This document shows positions 1 to 8,931 of a DNA stretch of 64,000 bases, piece by piece. Under the pieces are notes generated by a model, which saw nothing but the letters and a program-made list of their open reading frames with translations, did no database searches and was not told the origin of the DNA. This DNA comes from Chloroflexota bacterium (GTDB taxonomy: Bacteria; Chloroflexota; Chloroflexia; QHBQ01): assembly GCA_043754535.1 (NCBI GenBank), contig JAYUUN010000048.1, forward strand, positions 1 to 64,000, read 5' to 3'. How positions within the stretch are numbered: the stretch's first letter is position 1; the number at the start of each line of letters is the position of its first letter. The translations under genes were made by a program, and so were the position numbers.

Positions 1-23
1 TCGGTCTGCTCGCTCTGCCACAG

Positions 24-1715
24 TTGCTTCTTAGCAACGAACTGGGCGGCGAGTCGATCCGGGCTGGCATTGGTTACCAACAGGCGGCGACCGACTTCAG
101 CACCGCCCCGATTGGTCTGGTCAGCCTGCTGCTGCCTCGCGTCTGGGGCAGCAACCCACAGAACTACTGGGGGGTAGACACCTGGGCCAGCACCGAGACC
201 TGGGCCTACTCCGGGGTGATTACCCTACTGCTAGCAGGGCTGGCGGTGGCGGGCTGGCGCAAGGTAGGGAGGCGGGGTGTGGTCGTCTTCTTCGCGGGGC
301 TGGGCCTGGTTAGTCTGCTGCTAACCCTGGGTGGGCAGACTGTGCTGTTCGGCTGGCTGTTCGAGACGATCCCAGGCTGGAACAGGTTCAGGGATGCTGG
401 ACGGCTGCTGCTCCCCTTCAGCTTCGCGTTGGCGACCCTGGCGGCTCTGGGAGTAGGGCGATTGCTAGCCTGGACTAATTCCAGCCCCACTCTACAAAGG
501 GAGTCGGAGGGTACGGCGAAGGCGGCACTTAGCGGTATGTCGTTTGGATTGCTGGCGGCGGCTCTGCTACTCACCCTGCTGCCGCTACCGATCTTTCTGC
601 TGGGGGTGACGAGTGGACAGAACCTTGAACGCACCATCCCCTTCGTCAACGATACGCTGCTGCTGATCCTCTGGCTGCTGCTCAGTGCTGGGCTAATCTG
701 GTATGCGCGGGCAGCGAGAGGGGCGACAGTTGGGTGGCTGCTGATCGCCCTGCTGGTAGTTGATCTCTTTTCAGTCAACGCCGCCTTCAATCCTGGCACG
801 AGCGACAACACGTTGGGCTTCCAGCACGCCGATGCAGTTAGTTTCCTGCGGAATGGCACCGACCGCTTCCAGAATCGGGGCGAGGTCTTTCGCCTGGACA
901 GCGATACTGGCATCGGGGCAGTCTGGCAGCCAAGCCTGGCGGCACGGGCGGGCTTCGAGGATAGCGGGGGCATCTACAACCCGCTCAAGCCCAGCCGCTA
1001 CGACGAGTTGTGGAACAAGGCACGGCAGGATCGCAATACTGCGCTCTACGAGTTGTTCAACATCAAGTATGTGGTGGGGATGACGGATACACGCAGTGTA
1101 GTGGGCGCAGGCTTCATCGCCGATAGCAAGTTGGAGAAGGTGTTTACCAGCACTAAAGGACTGGTTCTCTACTACAATCCTGGGGCGTTGCCACGTGCCT
1201 ACATCGTGCATAACTCCGACATCCAGCCGCTGGCCGATCAACTGTTCAGCAAGCTGACCGGGCCGAGCTTCAACCCACGCAAGGCCGTGCTGTTGGAGAG
1301 TGGGGTGGGTCTACGCGGTACGCTAGAAGGCAGCGCACGCTACGCCGAACTGAGCGGTAGCAACCCAAAGACGGGTGAGGGCGCGACAATACTTGGCTAC
1401 GGCCCAGAGCAACCCGACAGCCTGACGGTCAGCACCACGCTGAAGGAGGAGGGCTACCTGGTTGTCAGCAATGTCTACTACCCTGGCTGGCAGGCAACGG
1501 TGGATGGGCAAACAGCAACGATCCAGCGAGCTAACTACGCTTTCCAGGCTATCCGCCTGACCGCTGGGCAGCACACAGTTACGCTCCGCTTTGTGCCGCG
1601 CTTGTGGCAGGCGGGGCTGGTTAGCATGGCGGGGGGAACACTCCTCGCACTGCTGCTGCTACTATGGCCGGGGCAATGGTGGCCGCTGCGAGGGCGAAGA
1701 CAAAGCGAGCTATGA
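24..1715 (+). CDS. YfhO-family polytopic membrane protein (GT-C-like), probably truncated at the window start
   Basis: Many TM segments; C-terminal 'YLVVSNVYYPGWQATVDG..RANYAFQAIRLTAGQHTVTLRF' and 'ALPRAY' are typical of YfhO. Confidence 0.8.
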   Translation: MLLSNELGGESIRAGIGYQQAATDFSTAPIGLVSLLLPRVWGSNPQNYWGVDTWASTETWAYSGVITLLLAGLAVAGWRKVGRRGVVVFFAGLGLVSLLLTLGGQTVLFGWLFETIPGWNRFRDAGRLLLPFSFALATLAALGVGRLLAWTNSSPTLQRESEGTAKAALSGMSFGLLAAALLLTLLPLPIFLLGVTSGQNLERTIPFVNDTLLLILWLLLSAGLIWYARAARGATVGWLLIALLVVDLFSVNAAFNPGTSDNTLGFQHADAVSFLRNGTDRFQNRGEVFRLDSDTGIGAVWQPSLAARAGFEDSGGIYNPLKPSRYDELWNKARQDRNTALYELFNIKYVVGMTDTRSVVGAGFIADSKLEKVFTSTKGLVLYYNPGALPRAYIVHNSDIQPLADQLFSKLTGPSFNPRKAVLLESGVGLRGTLEGSARYAELSGSNPKTGEGATILGYGPEQPDSLTVSTTLKEEGYLVVSNVYYPGWQATVDGQTATIQRANYAFQAIRLTAGQHTVTLRFVPRLWQAGLVSMAGGTLLALLLLLWPGQWWPLRGRRQSEL

Positions 1716-1774
1716 TGCGCTGCGCGTTCTCGTGCGTAGGTTGCGATAGCTGACCAGTGGTACCCACCAGCAGC

Positions 1775-3496
1775 TTACTTCTTGCGACCCGCCAGCACCC
1801 GCACTGCAACGCCACCGACGATAGCGATCACCGCGGCGACTGCAAGGATGAGCAGGAGGGTGTTGTCATTTTGAGCCTGCCCAGTCGAGGGCTGCGTGTT
1901 GTTGACCGTGCCGGGGTTGCTCGTCACGCCGCTACCACTGGCGGTAGGCTGCCTACCAGGGTCGGTCACGCCAGTGCCAGGGTCTGGCTTAGTGCCGGGG
2001 TTGAGACTGGCAATGGTAGCTGTCGCCTCGGCAGCGGTAATCGTCGGGGGCAGGGCTGGCCGAATCACGCCATCAGTAGCTACCGGTGGAGGCAAGGCTG
2101 CCACTGTCGCTGTTGCTGACCCACTAAGAACAGTGGTGGCGACGATGGTTGGGCTAGGAGGGAAGGGGCCGGTGCCAGTCGGCAGCCCCGGCGGGATGGT
2201 GGGCAGCCCTGGCGCGGCGGTCGGTGGGAAGGTGGGCAACCCTGGGACCAGGGTGGTTGTAGTGGTTGGGGTAATAGTCGTCTTGCCAGGGGTGATAGCA
2301 GGCTCACCGGTCACCTGTGGTGATGGCTGGGCATTCGGTTCGCCAGTTGACTGGGCTAGCGGCACTTCGACCGTCGGCCTGGCGGTTGGCAGGGGCTGCT
2401 GCGGCAAACTAGCGGCAGCCACGCCCGCCGGGGCAACAGGGTTGCTGCTCGGTGCAGCGATCTCAGGGGCAGCGGTGGCAGGCAGGCTTGCTTGCGCAGT
2501 ATCAGTTGGCTGCGGCGTGCCAGTCGGTGCTGCTGCTGGTGCCGTTGGCAGCGGCGGCGTACTGGTAGGAGGCAGCGGCGTTTGGGTGACTGAGGGCAAG
2601 GCTGTTTGCGTAGCTGGCACAGGGGTTACGCTGGGTGTAGGGGTGTTGGTCAGCACATCACTGCCAACCTTACCGCTGTCCTTCGTCGCTTCAGGGCTGG
2701 GAACGGCACCCCCACTTACACTGGTTGCTGTTGGGCTGGAGGTTGGCAGGGCAGGGTTGCCCCCTACGGTTGGCGTGCTGCTAGCCGTTAGGCTGGCTTG
2801 GGCAGCGACAGTGCTGCTGGCAGTTACGCTGACTTGGGCAGCAATAGTGGCTGTTGGCGGGGCGGGGGTGCTGGTAGCTGGCTGGCTAGCCGCCCCCTCT
2901 ACCGCATAGATCAGGTAGGCGGGCTGGCCGTCGGCCCCGTTGAGCGCACTGCCATAGGGAAGGTAGTAAGTTTGGGCGAAGTCGCTACGGTTCTCGATTA
3001 CCAGGCTGCCAGTGCCGCTAGGGTTGCCAGGGGCAAAACTAACGCTAGCCTGCACCCGTCCATCAACCAGAGCGGTTAGCAGATTGCTACCGAGTGGGCT
3101 GCTGGCGGGCAACATCCCGCTGCTGGCGGTGTCAACGATGCGCTGGGCAGCCTCGTGCGTGGCAGTGTGCCACTGGCCGTCGCCCATATACCAGAGGGCT
3201 GCCGCCACCTGCTCTGGGCTGCTGCTAGCATAGCCCCAGGTGATGCCATAAAAGAGGACGTTGCGGAGCCGTTGATCGGGTAGGATTGGGGAGAGCGCAA
3301 GGCTGCTGCTCCCTACGCCGCTGAAGCGCAGGCTGTAGCCCACGACGCGGATCGTAGCAGAGGAGTGAGCAGCCAGCGGCACGCTCACTGCGTCTGGCGA
3401 GGCAGCCGCCAGCGTCCGCTCATTGGTCAGCAGGCTGAGGCTAAGAACGAGCAGCAAGGCGGCAGCAAGGCGGCGGTGGAACGTGGCTATCGACAA
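1775..3496 (-). CDS. Secreted Pro/Thr-rich surface protein with a sortase-like sorting signal (QPSTG-TM-RKK)
   Basis: Signal peptide, long P/T/A linker, C-terminal QPSTG + hydrophobic helix + basic tail; GGAGG upstream of the TTG start. Confidence 0.75.
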   Translation of the reverse strand: MSIATFHRRLAAALLLVLSLSLLTNERTLAAASPDAVSVPLAAHSSATIRVVGYSLRFSGVGSSSLALSPILPDQRLRNVLFYGITWGYASSSPEQVAAALWYMGDGQWHTATHEAAQRIVDTASSGMLPASSPLGSNLLTALVDGRVQASVSFAPGNPSGTGSLVIENRSDFAQTYYLPYGSALNGADGQPAYLIYAVEGAASQPATSTPAPPTATIAAQVSVTASSTVAAQASLTASSTPTVGGNPALPTSSPTATSVSGGAVPSPEATKDSGKVGSDVLTNTPTPSVTPVPATQTALPSVTQTPLPPTSTPPLPTAPAAAPTGTPQPTDTAQASLPATAAPEIAAPSSNPVAPAGVAAASLPQQPLPTARPTVEVPLAQSTGEPNAQPSPQVTGEPAITPGKTTITPTTTTTLVPGLPTFPPTAAPGLPTIPPGLPTGTGPFPPSPTIVATTVLSGSATATVAALPPPVATDGVIRPALPPTITAAEATATIASLNPGTKPDPGTGVTDPGRQPTASGSGVTSNPGTVNNTQPSTGQAQNDNTLLLILAVAAVIAIVGGVAVRVLAGRKK

Positions 3497-3589
3497 AAAG
3501 TATCCTCCAACAGTCTAGAGCTAGGAGCGGGTACGACCGCTCCCATTATAACGCACTGCTCGTACATAACGCAACAAAGGATCGCCAGA

Positions 3590-4777
3590 TCAGCGGGTGA
3601 GGGCAAGACTGCGCGGCACCTGCACTCTCATGCGCGTTCCTTCCCCTGGCTTGCTCCGCAAGCTGAACAGGCCATCGATCTGCCGCGCCCTCTCCTCCAT
3701 ACTCTTGAGGCCAAAGCCGCTGTGGTCAGTCGCTACCACCTCCCCAGGCACGAAACCGCAGCCGTTGTCTAGTATCGTCAGGCACACCTCGTCGTCATCC
3801 AGATCAAGGCTGATCTTCACCGCCGTGGCCTGGCTATGCTTGAGGACGTTGTTGATCGCCTCTTGGGTGATGCGATAGAGACCCGCCTCTACCGGGCCGC
3901 TGAGGGTGGGCAGGTCGGGGCTGACATTGACTGTGACCGCCATCCCCCCCTCGTTCGCCGCCCGCTCCCCTTCTTCAACCAGGGCGTGGGGCAGCGAGTC
4001 GCCCGCCGAGGGCAGCGGATGCAGGTCGAGGATCGAGCGGCGCAAGTCCTGGAGGCCACGTCGTGCTGTGCTGTCGATCTTGTCCAATCGGGCCAGTGCG
4101 TCGCCTATCCGCGAAGGCTGGGCCTGTAGCATCGCCGTAGCCGCCTTGCTCTGGATCATAATCGAGCCGAAGCCCTGGGCTACCGTGTCGTGCATCTCGC
4201 GGGCCAGGCGCGTGCGCTCGGCCATCAGAGCCACCTGCACTGACTGCTGGAGCAGGCGTTTTTCGGCTTGCTGAGCCTGGGTAGCAGTGCGCTGCTGGAG
4301 GTGAGCAAAGTAGAGCAACACGATCACCATAATGATGATGCCCACCAGCCCGGTGATGGTTGAGTTGAACGTGCTACCGCCGTCAGGACTGATCCAGGCA
4401 GCCAGCAAGTAGAAGGTTATCGACAAGCAGCCGATTAGCAGCACTGCCCGTTCGCTGATCAGCACTGCTGCCAGGGTAATACCGATAGCGTAACCCAGCA
4501 CCGACGACTGATCGGTAGATTGGAAGACGGAGGTGGTGGTTAGCAATGTAGTAGAGCCACAGGCGAAGTAGCAGGCGAAGGTGAGATTGTAGCGAGCGGC
4601 AAAGATAGTAAGCAGGCCGCAGGTGATTGTTAGGCCCAGGCTGGTGAGGATCAACGGGTCGCTTCTGGGCAAGGTCGCCAGGCCAAGGATGCCCACCGCC
4701 AGGGTAGAAGTACCCAGTATGTAGACAATCTTGCGTATGGTGTTCAGGTCTTCGCCATAGATGCGCACTCCAAACAC
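3590..4777 (-). CDS. Membrane sensor histidine kinase, HisKA_3 (NarX/DesK type), orphan
   Basis: ERTRLAREMHDT H-box, QEAINNVLKHS N-box, DNGCGF, GFGL, GEGT; about 5-6 TM helices. Confidence 0.92.
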   Translation of the reverse strand: MFGVRIYGEDLNTIRKIVYILGTSTLAVGILGLATLPRSDPLILTSLGLTITCGLLTIFAARYNLTFACYFACGSTTLLTTTSVFQSTDQSSVLGYAIGITLAAVLISERAVLLIGCLSITFYLLAAWISPDGGSTFNSTITGLVGIIIMVIVLLYFAHLQQRTATQAQQAEKRLLQQSVQVALMAERTRLAREMHDTVAQGFGSIMIQSKAATAMLQAQPSRIGDALARLDKIDSTARRGLQDLRRSILDLHPLPSAGDSLPHALVEEGERAANEGGMAVTVNVSPDLPTLSGPVEAGLYRITQEAINNVLKHSQATAVKISLDLDDDEVCLTILDNGCGFVPGEVVATDHSGFGLKSMEERARQIDGLFSLRSKPGEGTRMRVQVPRSLALTR

Positions 4778-4850
4778 CTCCGCTCTACCAGGGATTAGCC
4801 ACTCAAGCCCATACTCACATTATAGCACAGTTAGCCTGGAGCAATATTGA

Positions 4851-5615
4851 TCAGAGCAACAAGCAAGCCTCTGCTGCCAGCCAGAATAGTGCCTCGCGCC
4901 CAGCGTGGTGCGCCCAACCTCGCCCATCCCAGGTGTCGGTGCTGAGGTCGTCGCCACCATAGAGCAACTGGGCAAAGCTGACCCCGCGAAAGCGCGCGAC
5001 AGCGAAGAAGCCTGCTGCCTCCATCTCCACCGTCGCGCAACCCTCTGCCCGACGCATCGCCACCTTCGCTTGGGTCTCGCGGTAGATCGCGTCAGTCGTC
5101 CAGGTCTTGGCCTTGAGGTAGGGCAGGTTGTGCGCCGTCAACACCTGCTCTATGGCTGCCACACCCTCTGGGCTGGGTTCAACCTCGCGGCTGGGCGGGA
5201 GATAGTGGTAGCTCGTCCCCTCGTCGCGCACAGCAGCGGTTGGCACCACCAGGTGGCCGACTGCCAGGTTGGGGACAAGTACGCCAGCCCCACCACAGGC
5301 GATGAACTTGCGGCAGCCGAAGGCGATCACCTCGTCCAGCAGAGCAGCCGCCAGCGGTGCGCCCACCCCAGGGTGAAAGACTGCCAGCCGCTTGCCCTGC
5401 AACTCGACCTCGATGAAGGGATGCTCACCGATCTCGCTAGCCAGCCTGCCAATGCGCTTTGCTTGGTGGTCAGCGATCAGCTTGGCGATCACTGGCTGGA
5501 AGAAACAGGCGACGGCGTGTTCCGGCACCTCGTGTGGGCTGATGATCTCGCTCGGCTCTAGCATAGCCGGGGTGCTAGGGTCGTACTCAAGGATAGGGCA
5601 GGGTTGTTGCATCAT
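4851..5615 (-). CDS. Nucleoside phosphorylase (PNP/UDP family)
   Basis: GVGAP, RDEGTSYHY, WTTDAIYRET, VEMEAAG motifs. Confidence 0.9.
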   Translation of the reverse strand: MMQQPCPILEYDPSTPAMLEPSEIISPHEVPEHAVACFFQPVIAKLIADHQAKRIGRLASEIGEHPFIEVELQGKRLAVFHPGVGAPLAAALLDEVIAFGCRKFIACGGAGVLVPNLAVGHLVVPTAAVRDEGTSYHYLPPSREVEPSPEGVAAIEQVLTAHNLPYLKAKTWTTDAIYRETQAKVAMRRAEGCATVEMEAAGFFAVARFRGVSFAQLLYGGDDLSTDTWDGRGWAHHAGREALFWLAAEACLLL

Positions 5616-5729
5616 CGCTTGCCCTCAGGATCGGAGGTTGCAGGTGTGTAGAGCCAGCACTGCGCCCACTCCAGGTTGCCATTGTAGCAGGTTGGGTTCC
5701 CCAGTAGCGCGGGGGGTTTGAGCAAGCGG

Positions 5730-8459
5730 CTAGCCATGTGCTTGCAGCTTCGCCAACCGCTCTTGGGCGGCGGCTAGCTTGGCCTGCTCCTTCGCCACTA
5801 CTTCTGGCTTGGCCCGATCAACGAACGATTGGTTGCCCAGCAGTCGCTCTGCGCTCTGGATTTCGCGCTCTGCGGCCACTATCTCTGCATCCAGGCGGGC
5901 GCGTTCCTGCGCCTGATCCAGCAAACCAGCGGAGGGGATGAAGATTTCGGCTCCCGTCAGGGCGATGAAGCTACCCTCCTCCTTTGCCCCCGCCACCTGA
6001 TCCAGTGCGCCATCGTGGTCGGGGCCGAGCAGCAGCAGGCGGTTGGGGTCGATGTTCGCCAGGCGGATGAGGGCGGCCTGACCATTGAGCAAAGCAGCCC
6101 TCGCTTCTGGATTATTGCCGCGCAGAGTAGCAGCAATTGCCCGCTTTGGCTCCACCTTAGCCTCGGCCCGCAGGTTGCGGATGGCAGTGATTGCCTCAAT
6201 CAACAGGTTGATGCTACCTTCCGCCGCTGCGTCAGCCGCCCCACCTGTTGTGGGCCAGGCCGCCACGCAGAGGCTACGCTGCGCCTTCGCCAGGCTCTCG
6301 TCACGGCTGGGCCAGTTGTTGAGGTGCTGCCACAACTCCTCGGTGACGAAAGGCATGAAGGGGTGTAGCAGCCGCAGGGTGCCGTCCAGCACTGCCTTCG
6401 CCACCACAGCGGTGCCGTAGCCAGGCAGCTTGGACAGTTCGATGTACCAGTCGCAGAACTCGCTCCACAAGAAGTCGTAGATCAGCCTGCCTGCCACCCC
6501 AAACTGAAAGTCGCCCATCAGGCGGTTGACTTCACCCAGCAGTGTGTGGTAGCGGCTGAGTATCCACCTGTCAGCCAGCAACCCACCAGCGTGGCCCTCT
6601 GCCAGGGTTGCTGGGGTAGCAGGGCGCAGCAAGAAGCGCGTAGCATTCCACAGCTTGTTGGCAAAGCGTTGCCCCTTCTCCACAATCTCGTCAGAGAGCT
6701 TCATGTCGTTGCCCGGCGTGCTACCGGTCAGCAGGGCGAAGCGCAGCGCGTCAGTACCATACCTGTCCATCAGGTCGAGCGGGTCAACCACGTTGCCCTT
6801 GCTCTTAGACATCTTCTGGCCCTTCTCGTCGCGCACCATGCCGTGCAGGTAGACAGTCTTGAAAGGTTCGATGCCGAGGGGGTGCTGCTCGTCCTTCGTC
6901 AGGTAGAGGCTCAGCATGGTCATGCGCGCCACCCAGAAGAAAAGGATATCGTAACCAGTTTCTAGCACGCTGGTAGGATAGAAGTAGCTGCGGTCGTTGG
7001 CGGTCGGTTCACGCTCGTCGCGCTGGTGGAGCGGCCAACCGAGCGTGCTGAGCGGCCACAGCCCGCTGCTGAACCAGGTGTCCAGCACATCTTCATCCTG
7101 CCAGATACGCTTGCCGGGGTACTTGCGCTCGTCGGGCGGCTCGCCCACGCTGATCGGCGTGTGGGGATCGTCTTCGCTGTACCAGACGGGGATGCGGTGG
7201 CCCCACCAGAGTTGGCGGCTGAGACACCAGTCGCGGATGTTCTCCAACCAGTCAAAGTAGGTCTTCTCGAAGCGTTCGGGGATGATGCGGATGCGCCCAT
7301 CGCGCACCGCCTGGATCGCCAGTTCTGCCAGCGGCTTCATGTTGGCCCACCACTGTTCGCTGACCTGTGGCTCGATCACGCCGCCACTGCGCGAACTAAT
7401 CGCCACCTTATGCACATAGTTGTGGTCAATTTTCTCGATCAGGCCCAACTTCTGCATATCTTCCACGATAGCAGCACGGGCCTCGTTCACGGTCATGCCC
7501 GCATACTTGCCCGCCACTGGCAGCATCCGCCCATCAAAGCCGATCACCTGCTTGACTGGCAGCCCGTGCCGCTGGCCGATCTCGAAGTCGGTGAAGTCGT
7601 GGCCGGGTGTCACCTTGATCGCCCCAGTGCCAAAGTTCATGTCCACCGCTGCATCAGCAACCACCCGCACGGTGATGTCGCCCCACACCGAGGGGATCGC
7701 CAGTTCCTTGCCGATCAGGTGTTGATAGCGGGGGTCATCGGGATGCACTGCCAGACCTGTATCGCCGATCTTCGTCTCTGGACGCACAGTAGCAAGGGTG
7801 AGCGGGCCATACTTGATGTAGTAGAGGGGGTCGGTGCGCTCCTCATAATCCACTTCAAGGTCAGAGATTGCGGTGCCGTCCTTCGGATCCCAGTTGACGA
7901 TCCGCTCGCCACGGTAGATCAGGCCATCGTCGTAGAGCTTCTTGAAGGCAGCCACCACCGCTGCCGCTGGGATCGGGTCGAGGGTGAAGCTGAAGCGTGA
8001 CCAGTCGGCACTGACCCCCAGGCGGCGAAACTGGTTGAGGATCGCGTTGCCGGTCTCGTGCCGCCAGGCCCAGGTGCGCTCCACGAACTTCTCGCGGCCA
8101 AGTTCGCGCCGCTTGATCCCTTGCTTCTCCAACATCCTCTCTACCACCGCCTGGGTTGCGATGCCCGCATGATCCTGACCAGGCAGCCAGAGGGTGGGGT
8201 CACCCTTCATGCGGTGCCAGCGCACCATCACGTCCTCAAGGGCGTTAGTCAAAGCATGGCCCATGTGCAGGCTGCCTGTCACGTTGGGCGGGGGCATGAT
8301 CAGGGTGAACGGCTCCTTGCCAGCCTCGATCTGGGCCGTGAAGTAGCCCTGGGCCTCCCAGAACTCGTACCACCGCTGCTCTGTAGTGGTAGGGTCGTAA
8401 GCCTTCGCCATCTCTTGTTCTGCCTGCGGCTCGGCAGTGGGGTTGATCGTCTCGGTCAT
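5730..8459 (-). CDS. valS: Valine--tRNA ligase
   Basis: PPPNVTGSLHMGH, DWCLSRQLWWGH, KMSKS, C-terminal coiled coil. Confidence 0.98.
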   Translation of the reverse strand: MTETINPTAEPQAEQEMAKAYDPTTTEQRWYEFWEAQGYFTAQIEAGKEPFTLIMPPPNVTGSLHMGHALTNALEDVMVRWHRMKGDPTLWLPGQDHAGIATQAVVERMLEKQGIKRRELGREKFVERTWAWRHETGNAILNQFRRLGVSADWSRFSFTLDPIPAAAVVAAFKKLYDDGLIYRGERIVNWDPKDGTAISDLEVDYEERTDPLYYIKYGPLTLATVRPETKIGDTGLAVHPDDPRYQHLIGKELAIPSVWGDITVRVVADAAVDMNFGTGAIKVTPGHDFTDFEIGQRHGLPVKQVIGFDGRMLPVAGKYAGMTVNEARAAIVEDMQKLGLIEKIDHNYVHKVAISSRSGGVIEPQVSEQWWANMKPLAELAIQAVRDGRIRIIPERFEKTYFDWLENIRDWCLSRQLWWGHRIPVWYSEDDPHTPISVGEPPDERKYPGKRIWQDEDVLDTWFSSGLWPLSTLGWPLHQRDEREPTANDRSYFYPTSVLETGYDILFFWVARMTMLSLYLTKDEQHPLGIEPFKTVYLHGMVRDEKGQKMSKSKGNVVDPLDLMDRYGTDALRFALLTGSTPGNDMKLSDEIVEKGQRFANKLWNATRFLLRPATPATLAEGHAGGLLADRWILSRYHTLLGEVNRLMGDFQFGVAGRLIYDFLWSEFCDWYIELSKLPGYGTAVVAKAVLDGTLRLLHPFMPFVTEELWQHLNNWPSRDESLAKAQRSLCVAAWPTTGGAADAAAEGSINLLIEAITAIRNLRAEAKVEPKRAIAATLRGNNPEARAALLNGQAALIRLANIDPNRLLLLGPDHDGALDQVAGAKEEGSFIALTGAEIFIPSAGLLDQAQERARLDAEIVAAEREIQSAERLLGNQSFVDRAKPEVVAKEQAKLAAAQERLAKLQAHG

Positions 8460-8514
8460 TGGTGTACCCTCCTATGTCCCACTTCCACCCGCCTCTAGGG
8501 GGCAGGTGGAGACA

Positions 8515-8795
8515 CACAAAGTCCCGCACGTCGCATAAGGACGAGCGGGACTCTCGTGGTACCACCTTACTTTGGCGCAGTTATCCTAGCCAGTCTCTGT
8601 CAGTGAAGGTAGAGGCAGGGTGGGATATACGCCCTCGTGAGCGGCTGTATCGGGCCGACCCGCTGACGCTTGAGGCTGCTTACTGGCAGCTTTCGGCGCA
8701 GGACTCCCCGGTGACATTCGGCTTCTGGCTGCGGGGGACTTGCACCAACTTCCCCCTCGCTGAGCAGCTTGCAGCTTACTAATCCGGTTCAACGT
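8515..8795 (-). promoter_or_regulatory. T-box riboswitch (Val specifier GUC) upstream of valS
   Basis: Minus strand: Stem I with AGTA, CAGCGAG, GGTGCAA and GAAT-GTC-ACC specifier (GTC at 8713-8715); T-box AAGGTGGTACCACG at 8555-8568; terminator hairpin AGTCCCGC..GCGGGACT followed by T-rich tail. Confidence 0.92.
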
Positions 8796-8842
8796 CTATG
8801 CTATGATCGTCTGGTAGCAGCGGACTGCTGCTTGTTGCTTCT

Positions 8843-8872
8843 ATTTTACCCACTGTGATGGAAGTTTGTCAA
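8843..8872 (-). promoter_or_regulatory. Sigma70 promoter of the valS leader
   Basis: TTGACA-N18-TAAAAT. Confidence 0.7.
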
Positions 8873-8931
8873 TACCCCAAGCGATGTAGGTCAAGGCAAT
8901 CTGCGAGCAGACTGCCCTGACCCTGGGCTAC

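Noticed and set aside
1896..2909. Long antisense ORFs over Thr/Pro-rich genes (also 43562-44836, 49068-49917, 31120-31899)
   Set aside because: Shadow ORFs caused by GC-rich, repetitive codons on the opposite strand
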